The notes beneath the pieces were generated by a model, which had not been told where the DNA came from, made no database searches, and was given only the letters and a program-made list of their open reading frames with translations. Shown piece by piece: positions 1 to 8,790 of a stretch of 64,000 nucleotides of DNA. Positions within the stretch are counted from its first letter, which is position 1; every line of letters starts with the position of its first letter. The DNA lies in assembly GCA_040380025.1 (NCBI GenBank), contig JBEIJY010000001.1:62245-126244 (forward strand), in the 5' to 3' direction. The translations under genes were made by a program, and so were the position numbers. Source of the DNA: Bdellovibrionales bacterium. GTDB lineage: Bacteria > Bdellovibrionota > UBA1018 > CAIMNF01.

Positions 1-15
1 TACGATGGACAGCTT

Positions 16-774
16 TCATTTTTTTTCCTGTCCGGGATGCTTCTGGCTCTGCCCGGGAGATTCGCAAACCAGATCAGGTCGCTTTCGATGCGTTCGCTCG
101 AGACTCTGCGCCTTCCGCCATTCCGCGATTTTTGCGTGATTTCCGCTCAAAAGAACTTCAGGGACCTTCCGCCCCAGAAACTCCGGGGGACGGGTGTACT
201 GGGGGGCCTTGAGCAGTCCGCCCTCGAGGCTATCAGACGAAACCGACTCCTCGTTTCCCACCACGCCCGGAACGAGCCGGATCAGAACATCGCTCGCCAC
301 CACTGCGGCGAACTCTCCTCCGGTCAGAACGTAATTGCCGATCGAAAGCTCTTCATCCACGCAGGCATCGATGAACCGCTCGTCGACGCCCTCATAATGA
401 CCGCAGACAAAAACGATGTGCTCATAGCGTTTCACCCAGTCCTTTGCGAGGTCTTGGGTCAGAAGCCGACCCTGCGGAGAGAGCAAGACCGTGAAGGGCC
501 GCGAAGGGGAATCGCTGTTCTTCTCTTCGAGCGAGGTCACGGAACTCCACGCCTCGAACAATACGTCTGCACGCAGGAGCATGCCAGCTCCCCCGCCGTA
601 GCAAGTGTCGTCCACGGTGCGATGCTTGTTTTTGGCGAAATCCCGGATCTGAATGAATTCGAGCTCGAACTGATTCGAGGCACGGGCTTTTCCCACGAGA
701 CTGTGGGAAAGGCCTTGATCAATCATCCCGGGAAAGAGACTCAGATACGAGATCTTCTTCAATGCCATGATCAC
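16..774 (-). CDS. trmD: tRNA (guanine37-N1)-methyltransferase
   Basis: Motifs DDTCYGGGAGM, LLSPQGR, CGHYEGVDER, SIGNYVLTGGE, PQYTRP, VLLSGNHAKI; in the rpsP operon; start may be ATG at 768. Confidence 0.98.
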   Translation of the reverse strand: MIMALKKISYLSLFPGMIDQGLSHSLVGKARASNQFELEFIQIRDFAKNKHRTVDDTCYGGGAGMLLRADVLFEAWSSVTSLEEKNSDSPSRPFTVLLSPQGRLLTQDLAKDWVKRYEHIVFVCGHYEGVDERFIDACVDEELSIGNYVLTGGEFAAVVASDVLIRLVPGVVGNEESVSSDSLEGGLLKAPQYTRPPEFLGRKVPEVLLSGNHAKIAEWRKAQSLERTHRKRPDLVCESPGQSQKHPGQEKK

Positions 775-823
775 GCCATTGCCCGCGGGTGCGCTTCACC
801 CCTAGACCGTGAGCCCTACGGCC

Positions 824-1087
824 TCATTCCACGATTTCCAGCACCGTACGGCGCTTGATCTTCGTGGCGGCGCCAAGAAGAATCGTGCGAATGGCTTTGG
901 CAGTATTGCCTTGCTTCCCGATGATCTTGCCGATGTCGCTCTTGGCGACCCGGAGCTCGATCACAGTGGTGTTTTCTCCCGCCACTTCTTTCACACTCAC
1001 TTGTTCCGGCGAGTCCACGAGGGCTTTTGCCATCACTTCGATCATGTGCGCGAGTTCTGCGGTGGATGGGGTCGGTGCCGTAGCCAT
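824..1087 (-). CDS. khpA: KH-domain RNA-binding protein (KhpA/YlqC)
   Basis: LVDSPEQV...[27 protein letters not shown] (GxxG KH motif); follows rpsP; start moved to ATG at 1087. Confidence 0.92.
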   Translation of the reverse strand: MATAPTPSTAELAHMIEVMAKALVDSPEQVSVKEVAGENTTVIELRVAKSDIGKIIGKQGNTAKAIRTILLGAATKIKRRTVLEIVE

Positions 1088-1110
1088 GCGATCTCCGCTG
1101 ATAGGGACTG

Positions 1111-1350
1111 TTACTTCGCAGCCTTGACGATTTGTTCGACCGTCAGGGTGAGCTGGGCGCCCTTGGCGATCCAAGCGTCGAATTTGGCTTGATCCAGCTT
1201 GAGCTTGTCTTTGCTGTTCTCGGCCTTCGGGTAATAGAACCCGAGTTTCTCAAAAAACTTTCCGTTGCGGGCCGCGGTCTCGTTCGCCGCGACGATCAAA
1301 TACTGGGGGCATTTCTTTGCGCCTTGGCGCTGAAGTCTGATCTTCACCAT
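1111..1350 (-). CDS. rpsP: 30S ribosomal protein S16
   Basis: [22 protein letters not shown]...[14 protein letters not shown]...WIAKGAQ. Confidence 0.97.
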   Translation of the reverse strand: MVKIRLQRQGAKKCPQYLIVAANETAARNGKFFEKLGFYYPKAENSKDKLKLDQAKFDAWIAKGAQLTLTVEQIVKAAK

Positions 1351-1398
1351 AAATAAATTATCCTTTCGAAAGAGCTGAAGTTACCAATGGACAGGTGT

Positions 1399-2013
1399 TC
1401 AAGTCAACCGTTCTTCTCGGGTCTTCTCGCGGAAGGTCCCGAAAACATGATCCCAAAGTGGAGAACTCACGCCCCACTTCCCGCCTTTTTTGAGGTAGTG
1501 GTGCTTCATGTGGTTCTCCTTGAGTGCACGCCCCCAGGCCGTCTTGGGGCGGAAGTGGTGGGTCGCGAAATGAATATAGTCGTATACGAGGTAGCCCGAC
1601 ATGAACCCGGCAAAGAAGGGCCTGCACAGCTCACCCCCGAGAACTGCCGCAAAAAGCACATAAAACAGCGACGCTAGGGTGATCGAGACCACGGGCGGCA
1701 TCACGAGCCGGGTCGGATCCTCGGGATCGTCGTGGTGGATGCCGTGGAACAGAAACACCAAGTATTGGCCGGCTTTTGACGTAGCCGGAAAATGAAACAC
1801 GTACCGGTGCATGGCATATTCGGTCAGGGTCCAGAACAATGCCCCGAGCACGAACCAGAACAGGAGCACTGCCGCCGGAAGCGCATCGAAGGCCCGGCCC
1901 AGCTGATAAAACACTACAGGAACCCACACCAAAAAAGGAACCGAGGGGTGGACGTGAGTCAGCGCCTCGAGGACAGGGCTTTTGAACAGTCGGATGGATT
2001 GATGGGTCTTCAT
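1399..2013 (-). CDS. Fatty acid hydroxylase/sterol desaturase family (FA2H/Scs7-like)
   Basis: His boxes EYAMHRYVFH, HGIHHDDP, YDYIHFATHH, HMKHHY; RLVMPP; GVSSPLWDHVFGT. Confidence 0.9.
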   Translation of the reverse strand: MKTHQSIRLFKSPVLEALTHVHPSVPFLVWVPVVFYQLGRAFDALPAAVLLFWFVLGALFWTLTEYAMHRYVFHFPATSKAGQYLVFLFHGIHHDDPEDPTRLVMPPVVSITLASLFYVLFAAVLGGELCRPFFAGFMSGYLVYDYIHFATHHFRPKTAWGRALKENHMKHHYLKKGGKWGVSSPLWDHVFGTFREKTREERLT

Positions 2014-2101
2014 AGAATGGGGTTGATTTCTAACGAAATCCGGACCATTTTACAATCTTTTTCAGGAGAGGGCGCGAGCCCCTCCGCCCCAAGGAGACCC
2101 C

Positions 2102-2743
2102 GTGGCCGAAACCGATCGCCTCCGCATCCGACTGAATGCCAGCTACTGGAAGCACCTGAACGCCGTTCCCTTTTCCGAAGACATGGTTCCTTCGAGTCTT
2201 TTCTTGAGGAATCAGCACTACCTCGTGGTGGATCTCGAGACCCAGAACCTTGTCCAGGATGTCGGGGGATGGGGCCATGTGGATCAACTGAAAATATCGA
2301 TCGCCTGTGCCTGGGACTCGAAAACCGGGAAAATGCTTTCCTTCCGCGAGAACGAAATCCCGAAGCTGAACGAGCTCTGCGAGGAACGCCTCGTGGTCGG
2401 GTACAACATTCGGGGCTTCGACCTTGTGATTCTGAAGGCCTACGGGCTCAACCTCGAAAAACTCGATGTGTTCGACATCATGTATGACGTGCAGACCCTG
2501 ACCCGGCAGAAGTTCCTGAAGCTCGAGACTCTGGCTCAAGGAACCCTGAATGCCGGCAAATCCGCCGACGGACTCATGGCCGTGGAATGGTGGAAGAAGG
2601 GCGAGGTCGACAAGATCATCCAGTACTGTCAGCAGGACGTGCAGGTGACGCGTGATATTTTCGAGTATGGACGGAGGAACGGCCTCGTGAAGCTCCGCCG
2701 CGCGGATGGCAGCGACACGGAAGTCAAGGTCAGCTGGAACTGA
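2102..2743 (+). CDS. RNase H-like exonuclease domain protein (YprB/RNase_H_2-like)
   Basis: VVDLETQ, VGYNIRGFD, YCQQDV acidic exonuclease-type motifs; start uncertain. Confidence 0.8.
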   Translation: MAETDRLRIRLNASYWKHLNAVPFSEDMVPSSLFLRNQHYLVVDLETQNLVQDVGGWGHVDQLKISIACAWDSKTGKMLSFRENEIPKLNELCEERLVVGYNIRGFDLVILKAYGLNLEKLDVFDIMYDVQTLTRQKFLKLETLAQGTLNAGKSADGLMAVEWWKKGEVDKIIQYCQQDVQVTRDIFEYGRRNGLVKLRRADGSDTEVKVSWN

Positions 2744-3704
2744 GCGCCCTTACCGTCTCCCGTACGCCGGACTCAAGATCGGTGAATCCGCCCGCATACC
2801 CCTCCGCCGCGAGCTTCTCCATCACGGCTTCGGTGAAGTACTGGTACCGTTCCCGAATGGCAATCGGAGTATCGATATACTCGATGCTCTCGGGAACACC
2901 CATGGCCGAAAAGGTCGCCCGCGCCAGGTCCAAAAACGAGCGCGCTTGTCCGGTTCCGAGATTGAAGATCCCCCGCCGGATCGGTTTTTCGAAGGCAAAA
3001 CAGAGCACATCCACGACATCATTCACCCAGATGAAATCGCGCTTTTGCTCGCCATCCGCGATTCCGTCCCGATGGCTCCGGAACAAACGAATCGTGCCGT
3101 TCGAACGAATTTGATCGAATCCCTGGAGTACGACCGATGACTGTCGCCCCTTGTGACGTTCGCCGAATCCGTACACATTAAAAAACTTGAAACCGCTCCA
3201 GGCGGGAGGAGCGAATCCCCGCTTTGATTGCTCGATCACCCAAAGATCGAATTCGAGTTTCGAGGCCCCGTACGGGTTCAAAGGCCGGAGCCCCTGCATG
3301 GACGCCTCGTCATCGCGATACCCCTGCTCACCCCCGCCATAGGTTGCGGCCGAAGACGCATAAACAAAGGGAATCCCGTACTTCACACACAATGAATACA
3401 GGCGCTGTGAGTATTCGACATTCACGCGTTTCAGATAATCGACGCGCATCTCGGTCGTGTCCGAACTCGCCCCCATGTGGAACACGGCCTTCACGGGAGT
3501 GCCCGCCGAAATCAACTCCTCGAAAAACGATTCGTCGAGAACCTCCGCGGGCGCACATTTTCGATCGAGTGCGAGATCCGCGTGCTCCGCACGGCTCTCG
3601 AAGAACAGCAGTTCATCGACACCGATGACTCCAAATCCCTTTTTTTTCAGGGTTTTTGCAAGCTGATAGCCGATGAAGCCGGCGGCGCCGGTCACGATCA
3701 TCAT
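2730..3704 (-). CDS. hldD: ADP-L-glycero-D-manno-heptose 6-epimerase
   Basis: VTGAAGFIG, HMGASSDTTE, YASSAATYG, PLNPYGASK, FFNVYG, QKRDFIWV, FNLGTG, YQYFTEA. Confidence 0.93.
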   Translation of the reverse strand: MMIVTGAAGFIGYQLAKTLKKKGFGVIGVDELLFFESRAEHADLALDRKCAPAEVLDESFFEELISAGTPVKAVFHMGASSDTTEMRVDYLKRVNVEYSQRLYSLCVKYGIPFVYASSAATYGGGEQGYRDDEASMQGLRPLNPYGASKLEFDLWVIEQSKRGFAPPAWSGFKFFNVYGFGERHKGRQSSVVLQGFDQIRSNGTIRLFRSHRDGIADGEQKRDFIWVNDVVDVLCFAFEKPIRRGIFNLGTGQARSFLDLARATFSAMGVPESIEYIDTPIAIRERYQYFTEAVMEKLAAEGYAGGFTDLESGVRETVRALSSS

Positions 3705-3707
3705 GGA

Positions 3708-4829
3708 TCACGAATTCCCGAACGCGCCGATTTCAAGGGAGGGCGCAGCGGCAGTTTTGGACGAGCGGATCGCCACTTCTTGGGCCACGGACCGGGCAAG
3801 GCCGCGGAACAGTTGGGCGCTCTCGCTCGCGGGATCTTTCACGACGATGGGCTTTCCGAGATCACCCCCTTCGCGGACGGCCTGAACGAGCGGCATCTGC
3901 GCCAGCAGCCGCGTGTTGAACTTGCGTGCGAGGCTCTCGCCCCCGCCTTCGCCGAAGATCTTGTATTTCTTGCCATCATCTCCGGTGAAGTGGCTCATGT
4001 TCTCGACCACGCCGAGCGCGGGCACCTTCACCTTTTCCCACATGTTCAGGGCTTTTCTGACGTCCTGAAGCGAAATTTCCTGCGGAGTGGTCACGATGAC
4101 CGCACCCGTGAGCGGAAGCATCTGGGCAAGCGAAAGCTGCACATCGCCGGTACCCGGAGGCAGATCAAGAACCAGATAATCGAGCTCGCCCCAGTTCACC
4201 TTGGTACAGAATTGATTCAAAATATTATGGAGCATCGGCCCGCGCCAGATCACAGGCTGATCGCCCTGGATCAAAAACCCCATCGACATGACCTTCACGC
4301 CATGACTCGAAGGCGGCGCAAACATCTCGCCTTTTTCGGAATCGACATACAGCTTCGGGTTTTCGGTGACCCCCATCATGGTCGGAATGTTCGGACCGTA
4401 AATATCGGCATCAAGGAGCCCGACGCGCGCACCCTCGAGCGCAAGCGAGGTAGCGAGATTCACCGACACGGTGGACTTACCCACCCCGCCCTTGCCGCTC
4501 GAAACGGCAATCACATGGGCGACTCCCGGAATCCCGTTCGAAAGCCCCGCCCCCCCGACCGATCCGGATGCTTTTTTCACCTCGGCATCCATCACGGCAT
4601 CGACCGCCGCGACTCCCGGAACCTTGCTCACCGCAGTGACCGCCTCGCTTCGGATTTGCTCCTTCATCGGACACGCAGGTGTGGTGAGGACCACGCGGAA
4701 GGAGACCTTCCCGTCGTCATGGACGCGGAGATCACGGACCATTCCAAGCGTGACGAGATCACGCTTCAAATCAGGATCATTCACGGTCCGGAGAGCCGCA
4801 AGAACTGCGTCAAAATCAGGCTTTTTCAT
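3708..4829 (-). CDS. mrp: Mrp/ApbC iron-sulfur cluster carrier ATPase
   Basis: N-terminal DUF59 (LTTPACP), SSGKGGVGKST, DADIYGP, WRGPM, DLPPGTGD, VENMS. Confidence 0.95.
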   Translation of the reverse strand: MKKPDFDAVLAALRTVNDPDLKRDLVTLGMVRDLRVHDDGKVSFRVVLTTPACPMKEQIRSEAVTAVSKVPGVAAVDAVMDAEVKKASGSVGGAGLSNGIPGVAHVIAVSSGKGGVGKSTVSVNLATSLALEGARVGLLDADIYGPNIPTMMGVTENPKLYVDSEKGEMFAPPSSHGVKVMSMGFLIQGDQPVIWRGPMLHNILNQFCTKVNWGELDYLVLDLPPGTGDVQLSLAQMLPLTGAVIVTTPQEISLQDVRKALNMWEKVKVPALGVVENMSHFTGDDGKKYKIFGEGGGESLARKFNTRLLAQMPLVQAVREGGDLGKPIVVKDPASESAQLFRGLARSVAQEVAIRSSKTAAAPSLEIGAFGNS

Positions 4830-4868
4830 AGGGCCCTACTCTAGCAGAGCGGGAACCCGCGAAGCAAG

Positions 4869-5420
4869 TCAGTTCGGCTGGAGCGTGCTCGTGAGCTGAA
4901 GCCTCGAGACGTCGAACAACTGCCCGGCAGCGGCATTCACGAGCTGGTCATACCGGGACTTCGGAATCGACGGGGTCCGGGCAAGGAACCAAAGGAACTT
5001 CCGGTCGGGCGAACCCACCACGGCGGTTTGATAATTCGGATCGAGATCGAGGATCCAATAATCTCCGGCCGGAGCAAACCAGAAGAACTTCACCTTGAGC
5101 TTCGCATTCGAATCGAAGTCCACCACTCGGGCCGTGCCGGTGATCGAGCGGTACTTTCCCTTCGGAGTCCGGCACTCGTTCAACACGCTCACCCGGCCAT
5201 CCGGAAGCAATCCATAGGTGGCCGTGGTGTCAATCGTGCACTTCCCCTGAAAAAAAGTTGGGAAGAATGCGATCTGATACCACTTACCGGCATACCGGTT
5301 CAGATCAACATATTCGACCGTCCGAACCTCTTTCGGGCCGGGAGCGTCCGTCTCGGCCTCCACCCGGAAAGGAGCCATCAAAAGAACCCACACCATCAAA
5401 AAAACAGACCCGTGCCTCAT
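4869..5420 (-). CDS. Lipocalin (Blc-like)
   Basis: VDLNRYAGKWYQIA, AKLKVKFF, GDYWILDLD, LWFLARTP; N-terminal signal peptide. Confidence 0.9.
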   Translation of the reverse strand: MRHGSVFLMVWVLLMAPFRVEAETDAPGPKEVRTVEYVDLNRYAGKWYQIAFFPTFFQGKCTIDTTATYGLLPDGRVSVLNECRTPKGKYRSITGTARVVDFDSNAKLKVKFFWFAPAGDYWILDLDPNYQTAVVGSPDRKFLWFLARTPSIPKSRYDQLVNAAAGQLFDVSRLQLTSTLQPN

Positions 5421-5465
5421 CGAGGAACGGGTCTATCACAAAGGTTTACTGATTAAAATGACCGT

Positions 5466-6533
5466 TTACGGCTTTTCTTGGACGATTTCGCGACACGCGT
5501 TCGCAATGTCCGCCATCTGCGGCACCGATGCGCTCTCGAGGTTGTCGGCAAGACCGATCCCCGGAACATGCGCTCCGGCAAGAAGCCTCGGGCGGGCATG
5601 GAGCGAATAAAAATGCTCCTCGATGGTACGACGAAGAAGGTGCTCGCCGAAGTTCGTCACCTCGGTGTCCTCGTTCACGAAGATCACCCGCTTGGTCTTT
5701 TGAATCGAGGCAGAGATCATCTTCCAGTCATACGGCCAGAGGGTTCTCATGTCGATCACCTCGACCGAGATGCCTTCCTGACGGAGCTGGTCGGCAACAT
5801 CACGCGCGATCAGCACGTGGCGCCCGTAGGTCACCACGGTGACCTGCGAGCCTTCCCGGACGATTTTTCCCTCGCCGATCGGCACGGTGTAATCCTGGAG
5901 CTCGGGCCATTTCGGCTTCCATTTCGAGCGATCCCCGAGCGGAGCATCGATCATTTCCTTCAGTTGTTTCTTGCCTTCGGCGGTCAGAGGCGGCTCGCCC
6001 GGAATCGCCTCCTCGCCCTCGACCCGAAGAAGCGCCTTCGGCTTCAGATACATGGTCGGGTTCTGATCCTTCAGGCACGCCAGCATCAACCCGTACGCAT
6101 CGAGCGGATTCGAAGGCATGACGATCTTGAAGCCCGGAATGTGGGTCATCATCGCATCGAACGAATGCGAGTGATAAATCGAACCGCGGATTCCCGCGCC
6201 CACCGGAGTCATGATCGTAAACGGACTGGGCCAATCGCCGTTCGAAGCCCAAGTCGACATTCCGCCGAGCTTCAACAAGTCGATCGTGTTGTAAATATAA
6301 TCGCAGAACTGGATCTCCGCGACCGAGCGGACATTCGCGAAGCCGAGGCCGATTGCGGCTCCCACGATCCCGCGCTCATCGAGCGGAGAGTTCCAGGTCG
6401 TGGTGAGACCTTGGGTGCAAGTGAACACACCTCCGAGTGGAGGACCGACGTCCTCTCCGAATACATGTTCGAGTCCGAGATTCTTCTCGCCATAATGAAG
6501 GGCCATACGGATGGCCTGTGCCATGTTTGCCAT
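5466..6533 (-). CDS. 2-oxoacid (probably branched-chain) dehydrogenase E1 beta subunit
   Basis: FGEDVG, GGVF, AEIQFCDY, YHSHS, MPSNPLDAYGL, EVIDMRTL. Confidence 0.9.
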   Translation of the reverse strand: MANMAQAIRMALHYGEKNLGLEHVFGEDVGPPLGGVFTCTQGLTTTWNSPLDERGIVGAAIGLGFANVRSVAEIQFCDYIYNTIDLLKLGGMSTWASNGDWPSPFTIMTPVGAGIRGSIYHSHSFDAMMTHIPGFKIVMPSNPLDAYGLMLACLKDQNPTMYLKPKALLRVEGEEAIPGEPPLTAEGKKQLKEMIDAPLGDRSKWKPKWPELQDYTVPIGEGKIVREGSQVTVVTYGRHVLIARDVADQLRQEGISVEVIDMRTLWPYDWKMISASIQKTKRVIFVNEDTEVTNFGEHLLRRTIEEHFYSLHARPRLLAGAHVPGIGLADNLESASVPQMADIANACREIVQEKP

Positions 6534-7519
6534 TACCAGTACCTCCCTTTCTGACCATAGTAGACATGGTCATAGATGGTATCGCCGCTCGGAGCGGGTT
6601 CGGTTTTCACCTGTTTGCTCTGCTCGAGCATGGTGGTGTTGTACTCCTCGCGGATTTTTTCCATCTCCGCGCGCTTCAGAATGCCGGCCTTGTCGAGTTT
6701 CTTCTCGAATTCGACCAGACAGTCTTCCTCGCCGGGCACGAAGTTCGCGCCGCTTGCCGAGGAATGGCCGTACAGGCGGGATACTTTGGCCTCGAGCAGG
6801 AAGGGCTTTCGCTCTTCCCGCACATAGCGGATCGCCTCTTCGAGGGCAAACCAGCTCTCTTCGACATCATTGCCGTTGATCACCCGGTTCTTGATTCCGA
6901 ATGCGTTTCCGCGGGCGGCAATGGAGTCTCCGCCGAACTGGTTGCAGTGCGGGGTCGAGATTCCGACGCCGTTGTTGGTCACGATCATGAGCATCGGAAG
7001 CGGAAGCACCGGACGCGATGCCCACACCAGCGCCGAAGCGAAATCGCCTTCGGCAGTGCCGGAATCGCCGCCGTTCACGATCGTGATTCCCTTGCAGCCC
7101 TTGCGCGTTTGCGCGACTGCGGTTCCGATCGCGGTCAGGTACTGGGTCTCGATGGTCGAAGACACGGGAACCACGTTCCAGTCCCGCTTGGAGTAATGGT
7201 TGCCGAAGTTCCTTCCGCCCGAATACGGATCGGTGGCGGTGTTCTTCATTTGTCTCATGGAGTCGATCGGCTCGGCGCCCATCGCGAGCAGGATCGGGCT
7301 CGACCGGTAATGCAGATGAAGATAATCGTGGTCCAGACCGGACCCTTTCCGGACCTGTAGCCCGAGAGGGACGCTGAACGCCTCTTCTCCCGGCCCTCCA
7401 ATCCAGAAATAGCCGTCATTTTGTTTGTACATTCGGATCAGGCGCTCCTCCAGAACCCGCGATTTCACCATCAAATCGTGGATCTGAACGAGCTTCTTGC
7501 GCTCGAGCTTGAATTTCAT
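6533..7519 (-). CDS. 2-oxoacid dehydrogenase E1 alpha subunit (TPP-dependent)
   Basis: GDSGTAEGDF...NN TPP-binding motif, RLYGHSS; stop overlaps the beta-subunit start; start set at ATG 7519. Confidence 0.9.
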   Translation of the reverse strand: MKFKLERKKLVQIHDLMVKSRVLEERLIRMYKQNDGYFWIGGPGEEAFSVPLGLQVRKGSGLDHDYLHLHYRSSPILLAMGAEPIDSMRQMKNTATDPYSGGRNFGNHYSKRDWNVVPVSSTIETQYLTAIGTAVAQTRKGCKGITIVNGGDSGTAEGDFASALVWASRPVLPLPMLMIVTNNGVGISTPHCNQFGGDSIAARGNAFGIKNRVINGNDVEESWFALEEAIRYVREERKPFLLEAKVSRLYGHSSASGANFVPGEEDCLVEFEKKLDKAGILKRAEMEKIREEYNTTMLEQSKQVKTEPAPSGDTIYDHVYYGQKGRYW

Positions 7520-7527
7520 AGGCGCGC

Positions 7528-7556
7528 AGAATAGCGGAAAGGGGCAAACGGCACAA
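7528..7556 (-). promoter_or_regulatory. Sigma70-like promoter (TTGTGC-17-TATTCT) ending 8 nt before the E1-alpha ATG
   Basis: Read directly on the minus strand; 17 bp spacer; no Shine-Dalgarno before the ATG. Confidence 0.6.
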
Positions 7557-7610
7557 TTCAAAACCTCTTGAAGGATTTCAAAAACCGGATTCGTTGATGG
7601 CGGCCGGAAC

Positions 7611-8768
7611 TCACCCGAGCAAACCCTTCAACCGAAACAGGAGCTTCCGCTCGAACTCTCCTTCAGACTGCAGAAGAAGCGTCTTCAGGCCCGAGCCCGT
7701 GAGATCCTTCTGGATGGCCGGCGGAACCGCATCCAGAAGCCCCTCCCGCCCGAGAACCGCCCCCATTCCGGCAAGCGCTCGCGCATACCCTTGCGAGGTG
7801 TAGATCGAAACCGGATTGAGCTTCTTCCAGCCCGAAACCAGCGCCTCGATGATCTCGCGCAGTTCGCGGTCATCCAGAAGCCCGCCCCGAAACCCGCCAG
7901 TCACGATCCCCGCGCCCCAGGAATCGAGCATCGGGCCATAGGGAATCAGGAAATCCGCCGATTTTCGAAGCCCTTTCGGCGCACGCAGAGCGAAGTTCCG
8001 ATGATTCTCGGCGGCGAGCATGGCCTGATAGACCTTGCCCGCTTCGATAAATGGAGTCCGGGGATTCCGTGCATCCTCGTGCCCCGAGCGGTAGACCCTG
8101 CGCTTCAAGACGTCATTCTCGTCGATTCCGAACGCATCGAACATCCGGTCCAAGTCGCCCAGATTGTGGGCGATGGCGGCAACACCGAACAGATACTTCT
8201 TCATCGTTCCGGTGTCGGGCTCGTTCAAAAATCGCTCACGGAGTTCGCACAGAACCCGCTCCTCGCGCGCCACCTCAGCCTCGATCTCTTCTCGAATCCG
8301 CGCGAGCTCTCCGGAATGAATCCGCTTTGCCGTCGCATATGCACCCATGGCGACCGTAAGCCACTCCCCTTGATGCCCCGAAAGCCGCTCCGTTCCGGAC
8401 CCGACATACCGCCGCGAAACCGGCGCCTCGTCCCAATGCAGAAGCTCGAGAGTCCGCTCCAGCATGGGCAAGAATTCGTCCTCGGAATGCACGAACGACC
8501 AGAGTTTTTCGCGAATCGCAAGATCGACATCGGTCGGAACAAAGGTCCCCACCGTGGCATAGTGGGCCGAAACGCATAGATCGAAATACCCCCACAAATC
8601 AGACTCGTCCGGAAGGTGTGCCGCGGCTTTACGCAGAATTCCGACATACGGAGGCGCCGGATCATCCGGGCCCCCCGAAAAAAGGAAGGGCGCGGTGTTT
8701 CGGACCAATCCAAGAAGCGTCTCGCTCCGGATTCCCGGGTTTTTAATGAAAGGTCTTTTGTCGCTCAT
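7611..8768 (-). CDS. Hypothetical protein downstream of polA
   Basis: Long ORF in the gmhA-RDD-polA run; conserved-looking motifs GHQGEW, HNLGDLDR, ENHRNFALR; start uncertain (8768 or 8825). Confidence 0.75.
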   Translation of the reverse strand: MSDKRPFIKNPGIRSETLLGLVRNTAPFLFSGGPDDPAPPYVGILRKAAAHLPDESDLWGYFDLCVSAHYATVGTFVPTDVDLAIREKLWSFVHSEDEFLPMLERTLELLHWDEAPVSRRYVGSGTERLSGHQGEWLTVAMGAYATAKRIHSGELARIREEIEAEVAREERVLCELRERFLNEPDTGTMKKYLFGVAAIAHNLGDLDRMFDAFGIDENDVLKRRVYRSGHEDARNPRTPFIEAGKVYQAMLAAENHRNFALRAPKGLRKSADFLIPYGPMLDSWGAGIVTGGFRGGLLDDRELREIIEALVSGWKKLNPVSIYTSQGYARALAGMGAVLGREGLLDAVPPAIQKDLTGSGLKTLLLQSEGEFERKLLFRLKGLLG

Positions 8769-8790
8769 CCCGCCGACTCCGCAAGAAGAT

